A stretch of DNA of 63,772 nucleotides, filler included, from Lama guanicoe (GCA_013239625.1; 199 parts of 199 records of this genome joined end to end with filler, not necessarily neighbours in it), one strand, 5' to 3'. Counted from the first letter of the whole stretch, positions 36,811 to 49,427 are shown. Translations and numbers: made by a program. The notes: generated by a model from the sequence alone, not told the origin.

Positions 36811-39229
36811 NNNNNNNNNNNNNNNNNNNNNNNNNNNNNNNNNNNNNNNNNNNNTTAATTAATTAANNNNNNNNNNNNNNNNNNNNNNNNNNNNNNNNNN
36901 NNNNNNNNNNCATCAAATGGGCATATAAGATCTACGTATTTCACTTTATGTAAATTTCGTCTAAAAGAACTGCAAACAAATATTGGGCTGTACTTAGTGA
37001 TATGCATGCTGAAGTATTTATTGATGTCTGTGACTTACTTAGAAATGCATCCAAAAATTAAAAAAAATATATTTATGAGTGAATAGAAGGCTAAAAGGAT
37101 GGACAGATCTGTCACCTTTGGTCACGTAGCCNNNNNNNNNNNNNNNNNNNNNNNNNNNNNNNNNNNNNNNNNNNNTTAATTAATTAANNNNNNNNNNNNN
37201 NNNNNNNNNNNNNNNNNNNNNNNNNNNNNNNATACTCCTTAAAAGCACAGAAAGTTCTTGGGGGGTGTTGGGTTTTATTTAGCCCCTGGCATGATTCCTT
37301 ACACAGGCATAGTATTCAGGGTTCTATAAGTGAATGAATGCATGAAAATGAAAGGAAGAAAGAGAGGGAGAGAGGAAGGCAGGAAGGGAGGGAGGGAGCT
37401 CTTACAAAGTGCAAGTTACAGGTGTTATCAGCATACAACACAATGCCTTAAGNNNNNNNNNNNNNNNNNNNNNNNNNNNNNNNNNNNNNNNNNNNNTTAA
37501 TTAATTAANNNNNNNNNNNNNNNNNNNNNNNNNNNNNNNNNNNNNNNNNNNNCTAAAATAAAGTAAATATATTAACAAATAATAATCACTAATAGGTCAC
37601 AATGGATCATTTTCTGTTTGATCCCAGACTTTGTGCAAGGACTTTTTGTCTGAAATATACTGACTCCACTCTTTGTGAACTGAAAAATCCCCTTGATATG
37701 TTTTAATTCAACTAAATTTTAACCTCTGTAAAAATTTCATTGACCTTGCCTTGGAATGGAGAACTTGGATGTGNNNNNNNNNNNNNNNNNNNNNNNNNNN
37801 NNNNNNNNNNNNNNNNNTTAATTAATTAANNNNNNNNNNNNNNNNNNNNNNNNNNNNNNNNNNNNNNNNNNNNCTCCTGCTGCAAGTGGTCTCTTTCCTT
37901 CTCTTGGTAAAGGACATATTGGTGGGATGTTGCAAGAGATTACCCTGGCCCATTTGCCCTTTCTCCAGATTATCAAAGGCTTCCTTCAAAACTCATGACA
38001 TATTTTCAGGACTCAATTTTGCCATTCCAGTTATCAGCTGACACAGGCAGCATGATTATGAGCAGAAGCCCTAGACACCCTGACCTTGCCTACANNNNNN
38101 NNNNNNNNNNNNNNNNNNNNNNNNNNNNNNNNNNNNNNTTAATTAATTAANNNNNNNNNNNNNNNNNNNNNNNNNNNNNNNNNNNNNNNNNNNNGCAGTG
38201 GGTGTGTACAACTTAAAACGAAACGGTTATTAACACCAAGGAAGACTCATCCATTTATATAATATGGTTCTTTCTAGTAAATCATGATTTTTAACAAAAG
38301 ATGCATTGAGGGGAGAACTTCCTTTTTCAAATGCTGAGATAAGCTCTCTCTATTTTCCGCTTAAGCGTCTTCTAAGGCATCAGTTACTTGTTTTCATTTT
38401 GACCAAGTTGAACTGNNNNNNNNNNNNNNNNNNNNNNNNNNNNNNNNNNNNNNNNNNNNTTAATTAATTAANNNNNNNNNNNNNNNNNNNNNNNNNNNNN
38501 NNNNNNNNNNNNNNNACTCAGTGGGGTAACAGTAGGCTCAAATGATTTGTTTCCCTTTTCTCAGCGATCATTGTCCTCCACTGTCTAATGTCCAATGTCT
38601 TCTGAACTGTAGTTGTATCTATTTTGTCCTTTTTATTTCTCCCCCACTCCTTGTCTTTTTCTTGACTTGGAAGGATAAATTTACTCCCTGCTACTTTTTC
38701 ACATGTGCCAGAAAGTCCTCCAAATGTCAGGCTTTTNNNNNNNNNNNNNNNNNNNNNNNNNNNNNNNNNNNNNNNNNNNNTTAATTAATTAANNNNNNNN
38801 NNNNNNNNNNNNNNNNNNNNNNNNNNNNNNNNNNNNCCCACTGGGTTGTCAAGTATTATTCTTTAGCAGGAAAATACCTCCTTGGGCTTTTTGTATTGAT
38901 GATCAAGAGTAGGAACTCTGTAGCCGCCAGTGAAGTGGGACCAATGAGAGGCTCTTTTCTTGCCACCTGGAATTGGAAAAGGGGTGGAGCCTAAATGGGC
39001 CAGCCATCTGTGTGTCACAATTTAGGTCAAAGTCATGGTTCACAGGTCTACTGCTTCNNNNNNNNNNNNNNNNNNNNNNNNNNNNNNNNNNNNNNNNNNN
39101 NTTAATTAATTAANNNNNNNNNNNNNNNNNNNNNNNNNNNNNNNNNNNNNNNNNNNNACTCGGTCCCTTTTCATCACTGTCGTCTGCCTGGGACAATCCA
39201 TCAGAATATGCCCACCAGCAGAAGAGCAG

Positions 39230-39378
39230 CTGCAGTGTTACAGAAAGAGTTTGATCTGGGGCTAGAGGACTTGGGTTCAAGTCCCAGCTCTGCCATCACC
39301 AGCTGTGCAAAATCAGGAAATTCACTTTGGATCTTAAATGTTCACCTGTTGAGGTGATCCGGGAACAATTAGGGCTAA
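39230..39378 (+). mobile_element. MIR SINE fragment
   Basis: gacttgggttcaagtcccagctctgccatcaccagctgtg. Confidence 0.7.
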
Positions 39379-39478
39379 NNNNNNNNNNNNNNNNNNNNNN
39401 NNNNNNNNNNNNNNNNNNNNNNTTAATTAATTAANNNNNNNNNNNNNNNNNNNNNNNNNNNNNNNNNNNNNNNNNNNN

Positions 39479-39699
39479 ACGAGAAATCAGGAAATACCGC
39501 TTTAGGAGGGCCTCCAAACCCGTTTTTCCCACGTGTGTGGATTTGTGTTGTTGTTGGACTATGTGATAAGCTAGTCTTTCTGGGATGAAACCCTTCCATC
39601 CGTCATGATCCACCATCCGTCCTTTCCTTCCTTCCCTTGTTCGGCCTGTGCCCACGTGTTTTCATCGTGGCTGTATTCTGGGGCAGTGGGGAGCTCTGG
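39479..39699 (-). mobile_element. ERV class I pol fragment at the RNase H-integrase junction, frameshifted
   Basis: PELPTAPEYSHDENTWAQAEQGKEGKDGWWIMTDGRV, then a frameshift near 39588-39590, then FIPERLAYHIVQQQHKSTHVGKTGLEALLKRYFLISR. HxxxH is the first half of the integrase HHCC motif. Confidence 0.85.
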
Positions 39700-40479
39700 N
39701 NNNNNNNNNNNNNNNNNNNNNNNNNNNNNNNNNNNNNNNNNNNTTAATTAATTAANNNNNNNNNNNNNNNNNNNNNNNNNNNNNNNNNNNNNNNNNNNNA
39801 CTAAAAACTCTTCTTAAAACCTCTAGGACAGGAGAGAAAATCCCACTGAGTATATAATAATGTTTAATTGACATTAATCTTTTCCTGACGCACCATCTCT
39901 TAGACTATAAGCTTCATCAGGGCAGGGAACGCAGCTCCCTTCTGCATGACTGGATCCCTGTAGTAAGAAATAATTAAGAAGATAATCCTTTTAAGTCTCT
40001 TCTTCACACGTGGCTTACCCNNNNNNNNNNNNNNNNNNNNNNNNNNNNNNNNNNNNNNNNNNNNTTAATTAATTAANNNNNNNNNNNNNNNNNNNNNNNN
40101 NNNNNNNNNNNNNNNNNNNNTGTGTGTGTGTGTGTTTAAAGGTGAATAGATATAACTTATGATCACAAAATAAAGCAATGGATTCCACAGCACAGTGACA
40201 AAACTAGGTGGCACAATAAAAGCCACATACCTTGTGAATATGCTGTTCATAAAAGAAATTAGGAAATCCTCAGCTTATGAAAACTAAGTGTTGACTTCGA
40301 GGTTATTTTAAATGAAGCAGTGCATTGATAGAGCCATCAATNNNNNNNNNNNNNNNNNNNNNNNNNNNNNNNNNNNNNNNNNNNNTTAATTAATTAANNN
40401 NNNNNNNNNNNNNNNNNNNNNNNNNNNNNNNNNNNNNNNNNCTTTCTGGATTCTATTAAGCAGCCAATAATGGGACCAG

Positions 40480-40572
40480 TTAAATATAAACACACCGATG
40501 AGCCTGGGAAATTAAACAAATGGAAAATTAAATATAAACACACTGAAGAGCCTGGGAAATTAAACAAATGGA
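40480..40572. repeat. Tandem duplication, 48-bp period
   Basis: ttaaatataaacacac(c/t)ga(t/a)gagcctgggaaattaaacaaatgga starts at 40480 and again at 40528. Confidence 0.95.
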
Positions 40573-40576
40573 TAAT

Positions 40577-40662
40577 GGGAGATGGGATCGAGACGAAGGA
40601 TTCAGAGGACACAGGCTCCCCTCCCCTCACGAACACATCCAAACTACAACTACACAGAGGGA
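40577..40662 (+). mobile_element. Probable L1 5' terminus
   Basis: gaggac...ctcccctcacgaacacatccaaactacaactaca resembles laurasiatherian L1 5' ends. Confidence 0.55.
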
Positions 40663-41083
40663 NNNNNNNNNNNNNNNNNNNNNNNNNNNNNNNNNNNNNN
40701 NNNNNNTTAATTAATTAANNNNNNNNNNNNNNNNNNNNNNNNNNNNNNNNNNNNNNNNNNNNGTGGGTCACAGGAGTGACCTCAAAACCCAGCCCGGGGC
40801 CCATCTGAGCCGTCAACTGTGTCGTGACTCTGGGTTTGGGTGGCGGGAAGCAGAGGCAGGGAACTACTGACAGACTGCTGTCTCAAGTGGAAAGTCTCAC
40901 AGGGACACCATGATTTCTGCTCCACAAGATCGGTCCATGGGCCTCCCAGGGACTAGGACAGACCATCCCTGGAGTGGCTGGCANNNNNNNNNNNNNNNNN
41001 NNNNNNNNNNNNNNNNNNNNNNNNNNNTTAATTAATTAANNNNNNNNNNNNNNNNNNNNNNNNNNNNNNNNNNNNNNNNNNNN

Positions 41084-41304
41084 CTGCCCTATGCACTTTG
41101 GTGAACATAGTTCATTTTCTGGGTCCATGAGTTTAGTTTTGTCTTGTAAGTAAGAGTCCTTTGCATTTTCTTAATTCCACATATCAGTGAGATCATGGGA
41201 TAAGTGTTTTGCTATCTGACTTAATTCACTCAATATGATTGTGTTTATATTCATCTGTGTTGCTGCCGGTGGCATTATTTTACCCTATTTAAAGTACACG
41301 TGGA
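41084..41304 (-). mobile_element. L1 3' region
   Basis: attccacatatcagtgagatcat...tctgacttaattcact...tgttgctgc..tggcattattt. Confidence 0.8.
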
Positions 41305-41475
41305 NNNNNNNNNNNNNNNNNNNNNNNNNNNNNNNNNNNNNNNNNNNNTTAATTAATTAANNNNNNNNNNNNNNNNNNNNNNNNNNNNNNNNNNNNNNNN
41401 NNNNGCAATCTAACAAAAAATCTGGAATAATCAAGGCATTCCTGGTTTGGCTTGCTGGTGACAGAGTGGTCAATA

Positions 41476-41625
41476 CTGGCACACCTCGTAGATATTTCAG
41501 GTTCAGTTCCAGATCAATGCACTAAATTCAGTAATGTGAATTTTTTGGTTTTCCAGTGCATATAAAAGTTATTTTTACACTATACTGTAGTCTAATAATT
41601 GTGCAAATAGTGTTACATCTTTTAA
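41476..41625 (-). mobile_element. Tigger1 (Tc1/mariner) terminus after a TA target site
   Basis: TA|ctggcacacctcgtagatattt...gttccaga...ttttttggttttccagtgcatataaaagttat.tttacactatactgtagtcta. Confidence 0.85.
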
Positions 41626-42709
41626 NNNNNNNNNNNNNNNNNNNNNNNNNNNNNNNNNNNNNNNNNNNNTTAATTAATTAANNNNNNNNNNNNNNNNNNN
41701 NNNNNNNNNNNNNNNNNNNNNNNNNGAGACTCCGAAGCAGGAGAATGAGTGGAAGTAAGAGCAGAACGTTCCCTGCTGGGCTTCAAGCACACGTCTTCCA
41801 ATTAGGGAGTCCTAGGCTCATAGGCTCCTGTTGTGCTCAGAGCCGGCAGAGGGAACCTGCTCCAGAGTCCCTGCCTCCTCGGCTGGAAGTTCATTCAGGG
41901 GCACACTGGGGCCCTGACAAGAGCGAGCGGCACTGGACGCCCCATGNNNNNNNNNNNNNNNNNNNNNNNNNNNNNNNNNNNNNNNNNNNNTTAATTAATT
42001 AANNNNNNNNNNNNNNNNNNNNNNNNNNNNNNNNNNNNNNNNNNNNATCCCCAGGGCTGGCTGAGGAGTTTGTCACTTTAACCCTGTGATGTATTCTCCT
42101 GCCAGGACATACCCGGGTCCAGCGGAATCCCTGGCCTTGGCCTACCCAGGCCCATCTGGCTGTCCCATTGTGGCTCAGTGTCCTTCCCCTCATACGACTG
42201 AAACTGTCTTGGTTTTATATAAACGTTGGCAGCACCCAAGGGGCTCCCGGGAGCACGTGGTTCTGTANNNNNNNNNNNNNNNNNNNNNNNNNNNNNNNNN
42301 NNNNNNNNNNNTTAATTAATTAANNNNNNNNNNNNNNNNNNNNNNNNNNNNNNNNNNNNNNNNNNNNATGACTTCTTTTGGCAAAAGATTAGTGACCTAG
42401 AAAAATGATGTTATTGGTAAAGTGGAGTTTGGGGATAATATATGGATTTAATTTGCATGTTTTTCTAAGTCCCTGTAGGGGCAGTTAATTGAGAACTGAG
42501 TTATCTTTGATTTCTCCCTATATTTGCCTTTCCTTTGACTCACAGAAGACATTCAGTGTCTGTTGAATGATAAGAAATGAATGATTGANNNNNNNNNNNN
42601 NNNNNNNNNNNNNNNNNNNNNNNNNNNNNNNNTTAATTAATTAANNNNNNNNNNNNNNNNNNNNNNNNNNNNNNNNNNNNNNNNNNNNAAATAATGGTAA
42701 ATGATCTTA

Positions 42710-42837
42710 GGTGGGAGGGTATAGCTCAGTGGTAGAGCGCATGCTTAACATACATGAGGTCCTGGGTTTAATCCTCAGTCCCTCCATTAGAAAAAAAAAA
42801 ACTTAAATAAGCCTAATTATCTCATCCAGCAACAAAA
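42710..42837 (+). mobile_element. vic-1 SINE
   Basis: gggagggtatagctcagtggtagagcgcatgcttaacatacatgaggtcctgggtttaatcctcagtccctcca followed by an A-rich tail. Confidence 0.9.
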
Positions 42838-43009
42838 CTGAATTGAAGTAAAATTGAAAGAAATCTAAAACAAATATGTAAGCGTTGTTAACTGTGTCGC
42901 AAGCTTTTCNNNNNNNNNNNNNNNNNNNNNNNNNNNNNNNNNNNNNNNNNNNNTTAATTAATTAANNNNNNNNNNNNNNNNNNNNNNNNNNNNNNNNNNN
43001 NNNNNNNNN

Positions 43010-43230
43010 CAGACCCGGGCCGGGGCGCGGGAGTCGGCGCCGGGGCAGAGGCCCCGGTGGGCCCGGGGTGGGCGACTCACCCCGGCCGCCGAGCGGCTCC
43101 ACGGCGAAGACGCCCCGCCGGCCCCGCGTGGCCCCGGGACGGCCCCTCTACGCCGCCTCGGCCTCCCCGCTCCCGGGCAGGCGGGCGGGCGGCTGGGCGC
43201 GGCCCCGGGACACCCCGAGCCGGAGTCGGG
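43010..43230 (-). promoter_or_regulatory. CpG-island fragment with probable first-exon splice donor
   Basis: Extremely GC- and CpG-rich. Minus strand shows GGG|GTGAGT at 43075-43080. Confidence 0.6.
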
Positions 43231-43330
43231 NNNNNNNNNNNNNNNNNNNNNNNNNNNNNNNNNNNNNNNNNNNNTTAATTAATTAANNNNNNNNNNNNNN
43301 NNNNNNNNNNNNNNNNNNNNNNNNNNNNNN

Positions 43331-43551
43331 AGGGGAGGAGGTAGGAGCAAGACAGGGGTATGGGATTAAGGCATACAAACGGCTATTTACAAAATAGATA
43401 ATTAATAAGGATACAATGACAGCACCTGGGCTACAGCCATTGTTCTGTAATAACTTGAAGTGGAGCATAAGCTATAAAAATATGGAATCACTATGTTGTG
43501 CCCCTGAAACTAATATACAATTGTAAATCAATTATACTCCAGTATTGCAGA
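43331..43551 (+). mobile_element. Cetartiodactyl-type L1 3' end
   Basis: ggtatgggattaag...ctataaaaatatggaatcactatgttgtgcccctgaaactaatata. Confidence 0.85.
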
Positions 43552-43651
43552 NNNNNNNNNNNNNNNNNNNNNNNNNNNNNNNNNNNNNNNNNNNNTTAAT
43601 TAATTAANNNNNNNNNNNNNNNNNNNNNNNNNNNNNNNNNNNNNNNNNNNN

Positions 43652-43872
43652 TCACTTGGTGCAATAGTCTGATGGGCCCTAGCCAAAAACTGAAACCAAC
43701 GCAAACGCCTACTGGAAGAGAAAGTGTAAATACATTGTAATATGATCACACCATAGAATATCATTCAGCATCAAAAAATGAAATACTGATGCATGTAAAA
43801 ATATGGATGAATCTCAGATTCACTACACTGAGCGAGAGACGTCAGACACAAAAGAGTACCTTGGGTATAATT
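43652..43872 (+). mobile_element. L1M 3' fragment
   Basis: atggatgaatctcaga...ctgagcgagaga..tcagacacaaaagagtac. Confidence 0.75.
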
Positions 43873-45256
43873 NNNNNNNNNNNNNNNNNNNNNNNNNNNN
43901 NNNNNNNNNNNNNNNNTTAATTAATTAANNNNNNNNNNNNNNNNNNNNNNNNNNNNNNNNNNNNNNNNNNNNGTTTACACAGAAGGCTGGAACGGAGTCT
44001 TCATTTTGTATTTGCCCGCTCACCAGTGCCCAAGTGGCATCATTGTGACTCTGGTTTCAAGAGGTAGGTTAGTATGTGTTGGGTTTGTTGGCTTCCTAGT
44101 TCATTTGGATAAGTTTGTTTATGTAGAGTGGTCTCAACTTGAACTTGCTTAACAACACCCTTCTCCAACCTTGGGGTCCAATCTTTTTTTTTTNNNNNNN
44201 NNNNNNNNNNNNNNNNNNNNNNNNNNNNNNNNNNNNNTTAATTAATTAANNNNNNNNNNNNNNNNNNNNNNNNNNNNNNNNNNNNNNNNNNNNTGTGTTC
44301 TGTGCATTTTGCTAGATCTTTGTGCATATTATCTAACATAATTTTAAAAATTAAACTTCTCATGGAGTTGGTGTTATTACCTGTGTTTTACTGAATAAGG
44401 AATGAAATAAGGAAACAAAATAACAAAATAACTTTCCATAGTTACACACCATGGAAACCAGTTACACCTGACACCAAATGCTATCAAGTTAGTTCTATTG
44501 CACCATTCTGGAAANNNNNNNNNNNNNNNNNNNNNNNNNNNNNNNNNNNNNNNNNNNNTTAATTAATTAANNNNNNNNNNNNNNNNNNNNNNNNNNNNNN
44601 NNNNNNNNNNNNNNATCATAGCAATGTGTATTTTTGTTCTGTCTCCAAATTAAAAAAAAAAAGGAAAGCTAACAATTTCAGTTTTTAGTTTACTGAGGAA
44701 AAAAATAGATGTACTGTGTGATATAGGGAATTTACTTCTTGTATAAATGTGAAATGCAAAACCTTTTGCAGAGCAAAGGAAACCTCCAGCAAGACATATG
44801 ATAAAAGACAGAATAGAAGGAAAAATTTCAGATAANNNNNNNNNNNNNNNNNNNNNNNNNNNNNNNNNNNNNNNNNNNNTTAATTAATTAANNNNNNNNN
44901 NNNNNNNNNNNNNNNNNNNNNNNNNNNNNNNNNNNGAATGATTTTGTAAAAGGTTTTACATTTTTTATCACCCATTTCTGTGAGTAATTTTCATTAACGA
45001 TGACCATAGTTATTTTAAGAAATCAATACTTAAAAAATCTTGATCAGGAAGTGTTTACTGTGTCAATTTTTAAACACAAAACCTAGTATAATATAAAAAT
45101 TATGTTTGCAGAAGCAAGCTCAAGTTTCTTATAAAAATTTAAATTTTTATTTGTAANNNNNNNNNNNNNNNNNNNNNNNNNNNNNNNNNNNNNNNNNNNN
45201 TTAATTAATTAANNNNNNNNNNNNNNNNNNNNNNNNNNNNNNNNNNNNNNNNNNNN

Positions 45257-45475
45257 AGAATGTAGAACACAGAATATAGAATAGAGAATAGAGAATAGAG
45301 AATCAAGCATTTAGAACATGGAATGCAGAACACAGAATTTAGAATATATAATACCGAATACTTAAAATAGTATTTAGAACATAGAATATAGAACACAGAA
45401 TTTTGAACATACAATATATAGAATAATGAAATAGAATATAGAACATGGAATTCAGAACACAGAATTTAGAATATA
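45257..45475. repeat. Degenerate 7-bp (AGAATAT/AGAACAC) tandem repeat
   Basis: AGAA recurs at about 7-bp spacing across the whole contig. Confidence 0.9.
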
Positions 45476-47501
45476 NNNNNNNNNNNNNNNNNNNNNNNNN
45501 NNNNNNNNNNNNNNNNNNNTTAATTAATTAANNNNNNNNNNNNNNNNNNNNNNNNNNNNNNNNNNNNNNNNNNNNTTTGGAACAAAAGTTGCAGTTAGAG
45601 ATAGTAGCTAATTAAATTTATAATAGTCCACTTTCATACCCCAAGACCCATCCATCTTCACTGGCTAAAATAGAAAATGAAATAGGAATGTGGTAGGAAT
45701 TACCACACCTATATCTTTCAAAGTTTTGATGATGGCCCTGAGTTCTAGAATTTCCATCAGAAATTTATTCACCTATCTAGTCAATAAATATTTATTNNNN
45801 NNNNNNNNNNNNNNNNNNNNNNNNNNNNNNNNNNNNNNNNTTAATTAATTAANNNNNNNNNNNNNNNNNNNNNNNNNNNNNNNNNNNNNNNNNNNNTCCA
45901 CCCAAATCTTCAAGTCTCCATACTGATGTCTGGCAAATTTCCAGCCTCAGGTTCTGACAGTCAAGGGCTCTTCTCTTCTACCTTGGTTACTGATGTCTAT
46001 AGAAAGCAGTTCCAATCAGGGCCAGCTGGCTGGGCTGTGGGGACGGCAGTTTTTCCTACAGATAGATTACAGCATCTTCTTCTACTCTCTGTTTCTGCAG
46101 CTGGTTGTTCCCTAGAGNNNNNNNNNNNNNNNNNNNNNNNNNNNNNNNNNNNNNNNNNNNNTTAATTAATTAANNNNNNNNNNNNNNNNNNNNNNNNNNN
46201 NNNNNNNNNNNNNNNNNCTGTAAATCTGGATGATAAAATAAATTCAGGTAGTCATATGATACTTGCGGAACAGCCATATGTTTGTCATTAAGTAGCTAAA
46301 ATACCCAGACAATTGACTGTTGTTTTTTTTCCCCCAATTTCCCTCCAGATGATTCAGTGAAGATGCAGCCAAGGAAGTCTTTGAATCACAAATGCTCAAC
46401 TTTTATAGCAGATTACAAATTTCTACAACCAGCACGAGNNNNNNNNNNNNNNNNNNNNNNNNNNNNNNNNNNNNNNNNNNNNTTAATTAATTAANNNNNN
46501 NNNNNNNNNNNNNNNNNNNNNNNNNNNNNNNNNNNNNNGCCCTGCTTTCTAGGCTTAGTCTTGCTGGCTCTGCACCTTTTGTGAAACTATTCTCAGGATG
46601 AGAATAGGCTCTCCTGTATATTTCAGGCTAAAGGCAACATAGTTTCACAATCTGACCTTTAAGGAAGTTAGCACTTCTACACTTATGTAGAGTTGGCAAG
46701 TTGCAAAATGGAGAATAACCTTTGTTTTGTTGGAGGTTTACAGGGACACCATGGCCTGANNNNNNNNNNNNNNNNNNNNNNNNNNNNNNNNNNNNNNNNN
46801 NNNTTAATTAATTAANNNNNNNNNNNNNNNNNNNNNNNNNNNNNNNNNNNNNNNNNNNNGTCATTAAAACTGATCACAAATGTTCAACTGTTAATGCTGA
46901 TTTATAATGAAATTCATGTATTTCATCTTCGAAAACGTCTTTTCACACTCAGAGGCTATATTGCCAAATGCTGATATTTGCCCACCAGCATGTAATTTTC
47001 ATTAAGTATATCCACTGCTCAGAAGGCAGGGATAGGAATCTATTAGATTCTTCTATTGGTAGTTGCCCTTTAGCAGCCATNNNNNNNNNNNNNNNNNNNN
47101 NNNNNNNNNNNNNNNNNNNNNNNNTTAATTAATTAANNNNNNNNNNNNNNNNNNNNNNNNNNNNNNNNNNNNNNNNNNNNGCACGACCCCAAGCCCCGAA
47201 GGGCACCCAGCCCTAAGAGGCCCGTGCCCCGCCCACCTGGCTACGGCTGGTGGCACCCGGAGGACGGCTGCTGCCGGGGACCCTGACCCCAGCAGCTCTG
47301 AGCCAGCCGGTCCCTCCCGCTCCAGTCTGAAACAGGAGAGACAGGACTGAATCTCTTAGTGGTGGGAAGAGGAGTGCGAGCTCCTGCAAAGCTCAGGAGC
47401 GNNNNNNNNNNNNNNNNNNNNNNNNNNNNNNNNNNNNNNNNNNNNTTAATTAATTAANNNNNNNNNNNNNNNNNNNNNNNNNNNNNNNNNNNNNNNNNNN
47501 N

Positions 47502-47722
47502 CATGATGTTTACAGTTTAAGGGTGCTTTGGCTATTTAGGGTCTTTTGTGGTTCTATACAGATATTTTTAAGATTGCTTGTTTTGTTTCTGTAAAAAATG
47601 CCAATGGAATTTTGATGGGGATTGTGTAGAATCCATAGATTACTCTGTGTAGTATGGGCATTTTAACAATGTGAATTCTTCCAATCCATCAACATGAAAT
47701 ATCTTTCTATTTATTTGTATCT
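47502..47722 (-). mobile_element. L1 ORF2 fragment
   Basis: gctttggctatt..gggtcttttgtggtt...ggaattttgatggggattg...agtatgggcattttaacaat..gaattcttccaatccat. Confidence 0.9.
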
Positions 47723-47822
47723 NNNNNNNNNNNNNNNNNNNNNNNNNNNNNNNNNNNNNNNNNNNNTTAATTAATTAANNNNNNNNNNNNNNNNNNNNNN
47801 NNNNNNNNNNNNNNNNNNNNNN

Positions 47823-48043
47823 CATTTTCTACTGCTCTGACCTCGCTCACTCTCCTGTCCAGCCATACTGGCCTCCTCACTATTCCTCAAACGTGCCAAG
47901 CACAGTCGTGCCTCAGGGACTTTGCACCTACTATTCTCAGTGCTTTAGAACACTCCCTCCCACCCGCAGACCCTCGCAATCCCCTTCCCCGCAGATGCCC
48001 AATAGCTTGGTTTCTAACTTTCTTTAAGGCTCTGCTCAAATGA
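47823..48043 (+). mobile_element. L2 fragment
   Basis: tccagccatactggcctcct...tgcctcagggactttgcac...ctctgctcaaatg. Confidence 0.8.
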
Positions 48044-49427
48044 NNNNNNNNNNNNNNNNNNNNNNNNNNNNNNNNNNNNNNNNNNNNTTAATTAATTAAN
48101 NNNNNNNNNNNNNNNNNNNNNNNNNNNNNNNNNNNNNNNNNNNGATAAAATGGAAATTTAATTTAATGAAACAAAATACAGCACAATTGTATTGACATAG
48201 AAATAAGTCTACCTTTTTTGAGTGCGAAAGTTTACAGAACAGTATTTATAAACATATTATGTAAAATGTTTTTGTGTACAGAGAGCTGTCCAAAAGGATG
48301 TTTGCCTGAATGCTATCAGTGATTTTCTTTAGATAATGGAACTCTGGATGATTCTCACTTCTTTNNNNNNNNNNNNNNNNNNNNNNNNNNNNNNNNNNNN
48401 NNNNNNNNTTAATTAATTAANNNNNNNNNNNNNNNNNNNNNNNNNNNNNNNNNNNNNNNNNNNNGTCCCTCAGAGAACTTGCTCCACAAAGACAAACAAG
48501 GAGCTGGGTCCTGTCTCGGAGCAGGGACGAGGCTACCCCTCGGTCTTCCCCAAGCCCACCCGCGGAGTGTGGCCAGGGCAGAGCATGCAGCGGCACAGAG
48601 CAGCGGAGCTACCTGCGGCGCAGGCAGAGGGAGAGTGGCCCCCCGCCTGTTGGGCAGGAACACAGCCCCTGACCGAGGTGCTGGGNNNNNNNNNNNNNNN
48701 NNNNNNNNNNNNNNNNNNNNNNNNNNNNNTTAATTAATTAANNNNNNNNNNNNNNNNNNNNNNNNNNNNNNNNNNNNNNNNNNNNCTTTTAAGGGAGGTG
48801 CCGGGCTGAACCCAGGGCCCCGTGCACGCTCTGCGCGCGCTCTGCCCACGCCACGTCCTCCCTGCGGAGCGCCCGGGGCTGTCTGCATCGTGCTGTCTGC
48901 TCGTGTGTGTTCGGGAGCCTTTTCTCTGCCTTTCTTGAGGTATTTTCCCTGCTCTTACTCTGACTTCTTGAATTAGGCCTTAGCATAAAGCCTCTGACCT
49001 TTCTCCNNNNNNNNNNNNNNNNNNNNNNNNNNNNNNNNNNNNNNNNNNNNTTAATTAATTAANNNNNNNNNNNNNNNNNNNNNNNNNNNNNNNNNNNNNN
49101 NNNNNNTGCTGGTAATGTTCTCTTTCTGGATCTGGTGGTGTTTGCTTGGGTTTTCACTGAGTTAATAAATAATAAATCATTTGAGTTTTATGTTTATGTC
49201 TTACGCATTTTTGTATGTGTGTGCTATATTTCTTTTTGGAAGCAAGGGAAGGTTACAGTGATAAGATACAATCTATATAGTAAAAAATTATTTTTCTTAT
49301 TAATTTATTGCTGAATAGTGCAAACTTNNNNNNNNNNNNNNNNNNNNNNNNNNNNNNNNNNNNNNNNNNNNTTAATTAATTAANNNNNNNNNNNNNNNNN
49401 NNNNNNNNNNNNNNNNNNNNNNNNNNN

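Noticed and set aside
42711..42786. tRNA-Ala gene
   Set aside because: It has a SINE-type head and A-rich tail, and there are multiple diverged copies, so it is vic-1.
43010..43230. rDNA spacer or rRNA expansion segment
   Set aside because: No conserved rRNA core is visible. A CpG island with a splice donor fits better.
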